DNA of 38,529 nucleotides, taken from IMG/VR virus record IMGVR_UViG_3300012940_000053, positions 1 to 38,529 of that record. One strand, written 5' to 3'. The notes beneath the pieces were generated by a model, which searched no databases, had not been told where the DNA came from, and worked only from the letters and a program-made list of their open reading frames with translations. The position numbers and the translations under genes were made by a program. This document shows, piece by piece, positions 36,474 through 38,529 of this stretch; positions within the stretch are counted from its first letter, which is position 1, and each line of letters begins with the position of its first letter. This stretch comes from a virus (lineage: Duplodnaviria; Caudoviricetes).

Positions 36474-36503
36474 ATTTTACCACATAACATGTGAAATATG
36501 CAA
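36474..36503 (-). promoter_or_regulatory. Putative sigmaA promoter with operator-like palindrome in spacer
   Basis: TTGCAT-N18-TAAAAT with TG extension; CACATAACATGTG at 36481-36493. Confidence 0.7.
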
Positions 36504-36521
36504 TGCTACAACTAAAATAAC

Positions 36522-37022
36522 TTATATCCGCTCAGCCTCAAATTTTCGCACATTCTCAGCGGCATCTTCTACTGAATCAAAAGTGCCAATGTAATAAACA
36601 TTCCCATCTATAGTTTTTGAAGCTCTATATCTGCCATTTGACAGTGGAAAAACATTCTTATACCCAGTCCTGTTTTTACTGTACTTTCGTTTATTTTTCA
36701 AATTCGTATAGTTTGTACATACTTTTAAATTCAGATCAGTATTATCGAGTCCATTATGGTTACCGTGATCGACAACTAAATCATCAGGACAATTTGTAAT
36801 AAACCTATGGAGAAATGTCTTGCGGCCATCTTTTAAGCGTACTTTACAATAATTGGTATAGCTATTACTTACGATGTACATTTGCTCCACGTTTTCTATT
36901 ACACGGTTAAGCTTACTCAGATTGATCTTTACAATATAAAATCGAAGTCCAATTTCACCCTTTTTAGGCCGTTTAAATACTTCAAATTCAACAGTATCAC
37001 CTTTTACTTCATACTTCAGCAT
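36522..37022 (-). CDS. Free-standing HNH-AP2 homing endonuclease
   Basis: LHRFI..VVDHGNHNGLDN..NL..N HNH core, then TGYKNV..YIGTFDSVEDAA AP2 domain; visibly AT-rich. Confidence 0.88.
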   Translation of the reverse strand: MLKYEVKGDTVEFEVFKRPKKGEIGLRFYIVKINLSKLNRVIENVEQMYIVSNSYTNYCKVRLKDGRKTFLHRFITNCPDDLVVDHGNHNGLDNTDLNLKVCTNYTNLKNKRKYSKNRTGYKNVFPLSNGRYRASKTIDGNVYYIGTFDSVEDAAENVRKFEAERI

Positions 37023-37074
37023 ATTTCGATACCACCTTTTACATGCGATGAAATTCACGCCTGTTTAAAAATTT

Positions 37075-37317
37075 TTACTGATGACCTTTGACCTGAAGAG
37101 TTAATTTGCCCGACTCGAAAACGATATTATAATGCGTGACATTTCCATATTGGTTCACAGAGAAAATACGCTCAACGATCCTTCCCGTATCCATCACATG
37201 ATAGCTGGACAGTGAAGCGACAAAAGTAACAACGTCAGCAACCTTGCGCTGTGTGAAAAACTCCAATTCCGCATAGCCATCATCCGTCTTCGTTACAACC
37301 ACATACAATTCATTCAT
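37075..37317 (-). CDS. Hypothetical protein
   Basis: 80-aa ORF, RBS GGAGGT. Confidence 0.65.
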   Translation of the reverse strand: MNELYVVVTKTDDGYAELEFFTQRKVADVVTFVASLSSYHVMDTGRIVERIFSVNQYGNVTHYNIVFESGKLTLQVKGHQ

Positions 37318-37318
37318 T

Positions 37319-37555
37319 TTAGAATACCTCCAATATGGCCGCAGCCAATTTTAAAGCCCGCATAAACGCTTCAATGGTAATTACCCCGCCTGCCAACCAG
37401 AATAATCGATCTGAGAGGAAAGCGGCGTTGTCATATCCGCGCTTTACGAGCCATCTTTTTAGTGCTGCCGATGCGGCTCCAAGTCCCGCAACCGTCAGCA
37501 AATATTTAACGCCGGGCGCATGTAAAAATGCTTTAACAATGATGATGGCTTCCAT
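37319..37555 (-). CDS. Small membrane protein (78 aa), SpoIIIAC/AD-like pattern
   Basis: RBS GGAGGG; LLTVAGLG..L..WL..RG...A helix-hairpin pattern; family call is from memory only. Confidence 0.45.
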   Translation of the reverse strand: MEAIIIVKAFLHAPGVKYLLTVAGLGAASAALKRWLVKRGYDNAAFLSDRLFWLAGGVITIEAFMRALKLAAAILEVF

Positions 37556-37559
37556 CTCA

Positions 37560-38528
37560 TTATCCCTCCGATAAAAGCTCCCGAACCGCCTCCCTGCCGC
37601 CTTCATTGATAAATTGGACCAGCGTTGATTTTCTACGAAGGATGTTGTTCACTCGCTTGTCAATTGTTTTCTTGCCCTCCAAGTCGATAATGACATGTGC
37701 ATGGTTGCGCTCAATCGACGTTGGACAAACACGGTCTTCGGCTTGTGAGTTGTCAATCGGTGTCCATGCCCGATCCGTAAAAATGACGCAGTTAGATCGG
37801 TCCAGCGTGTAACCAACACCAGCGCTGATGATGTTACATAACAGCACATCCAGTTTACCAGCCTGAAAAGCATCTACCGCTTGCTTCTTCTTTGTATTCG
37901 GTATTTCGCCATTTATCTCCCCAACTCGCAAGCCCATCTTTTCGATTTCCGGCTTGATAAGCTGAAGATAACTGGTGAACATCGACATGATGATAACTGG
38001 TTCTCGATGGTTGCTCAGGTAGTCCATTAAAGCATCCGTCTTTGCGCCCCGCACATCGAACCCCAATAGGCGCGGATCGAGGCATAGCTGCCGCATCCGC
38101 ATAAACTGTGAGATGATGTTTTCGGCATCAATTTCGGTTTCTGTATCCTCATCCAACGCAACGAAAAACTCCTTCATTTCCTCATACAGCTTGCGCTGCT
38201 TCGGAGTTAACTCGCAGGCAATCGTTTTGAACGTTTTATCCGGCAACCATGGCATAACTTCCTTGCGCTTTCGCTGGACGGATAGAAGGCCAACTATCTC
38301 CTTCAGTTCCTTCTCTCGATGCGGTTTCGGCCAGCCAAGCTCCGGCTTCGGCCCATGCATCGACTTGTTAATCTGAAAGTATCGTGCGCAAACTTGCCAG
38401 TAAGACGTGTATTGCTTCGGGTACAGGAATTTCAGTATACCGATGATATCGGCGGGATGCTCAACGGTTGGTGTGCCTGTCATGGCGAACCGACGTTTTG
38501 CATGTAAACCGATCTTATAAATCGCCTC
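37560..38528 (-). CDS. SNF2-like SF2 helicase (N-terminus outside window)
   Basis: AMTGTP motif III, MRQLC, GVGYTL..VIF, QAEDRV motif VI; frame open to window edge. Confidence 0.88.
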   Translation of the reverse strand, partial: EAIYKIGLHAKRRFAMTGTPTVEHPADIIGILKFLYPKQYTSYWQVCARYFQINKSMHGPKPELGWPKPHREKELKEIVGLLSVQRKRKEVMPWLPDKTFKTIACELTPKQRKLYEEMKEFFVALDEDTETEIDAENIISQFMRMRQLCLDPRLLGFDVRGAKTDALMDYLSNHREPVIIMSMFTSYLQLIKPEIEKMGLRVGEINGEIPNTKKKQAVDAFQAGKLDVLLCNIISAGVGYTLDRSNCVIFTDRAWTPIDNSQAEDRVCPTSIERNHAHVIIDLEGKKTIDKRVNNILRRKSTLVQFINEGGREAVRELLSEG

Positions 38529-38529
38529 A

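Larger units (their letters stand above)
1..38529. mobile_element. Tailed phage genome (podovirus-like, probable Bacillales host), most of the genome
   Basis: Packaging-head-short tail-ejection-lysis order on +, replication/recombination genes on -; no tape measure or sheath; no host housekeeping genes. Confidence 0.95.

Overview
Most of a tailed-phage genome with podovirus-type architecture, probably from a spore-forming Bacillales host (inferred from gene families and promoter motifs). The + strand arm (1-22948) holds a probable terS fragment, terL split by a 253-nt group I intron, portal, a Tad2-like anti-defence gene, scaffold, capsid, an alpha/beta-hydrolase, tail tube/nozzle, fibres, ejection proteins and lysis genes. 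The - strand arm (22964-38529) holds an SNF2 helicase, HNH-AP2 endonuclease, Cas4-like nuclease, Sak4-like ATPase, SSB, a primase-MCM fusion, Pol A, an XRE protein, MazG, RuvC-like and DUF3310 genes. No integrase was seen. Main lead: only two units run against their local arm, and each sits behind a sporulation-sigma-like promoter. FtsK/SpoIIIE ATPase + replication-relaxation protein has a sigmaE (mother cell) motif; a YdjM-like membrane protein has a sigmaF/G (forespore) motif. A SpoIIIAC-like small membrane protein is also present. Together these suggest a compartment-specific system for moving phage DNA into the spore (hypothesis). Other leads: a perfect 18-bp palindrome at three stop-codon/RBS junctions, a CACAT-N3-ATGTG operator-like motif in sigmaA promoters, and a ~130-nt switch-like RNA upstream of the primase-helicase. 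All family calls are from motif recognition, not database searches.
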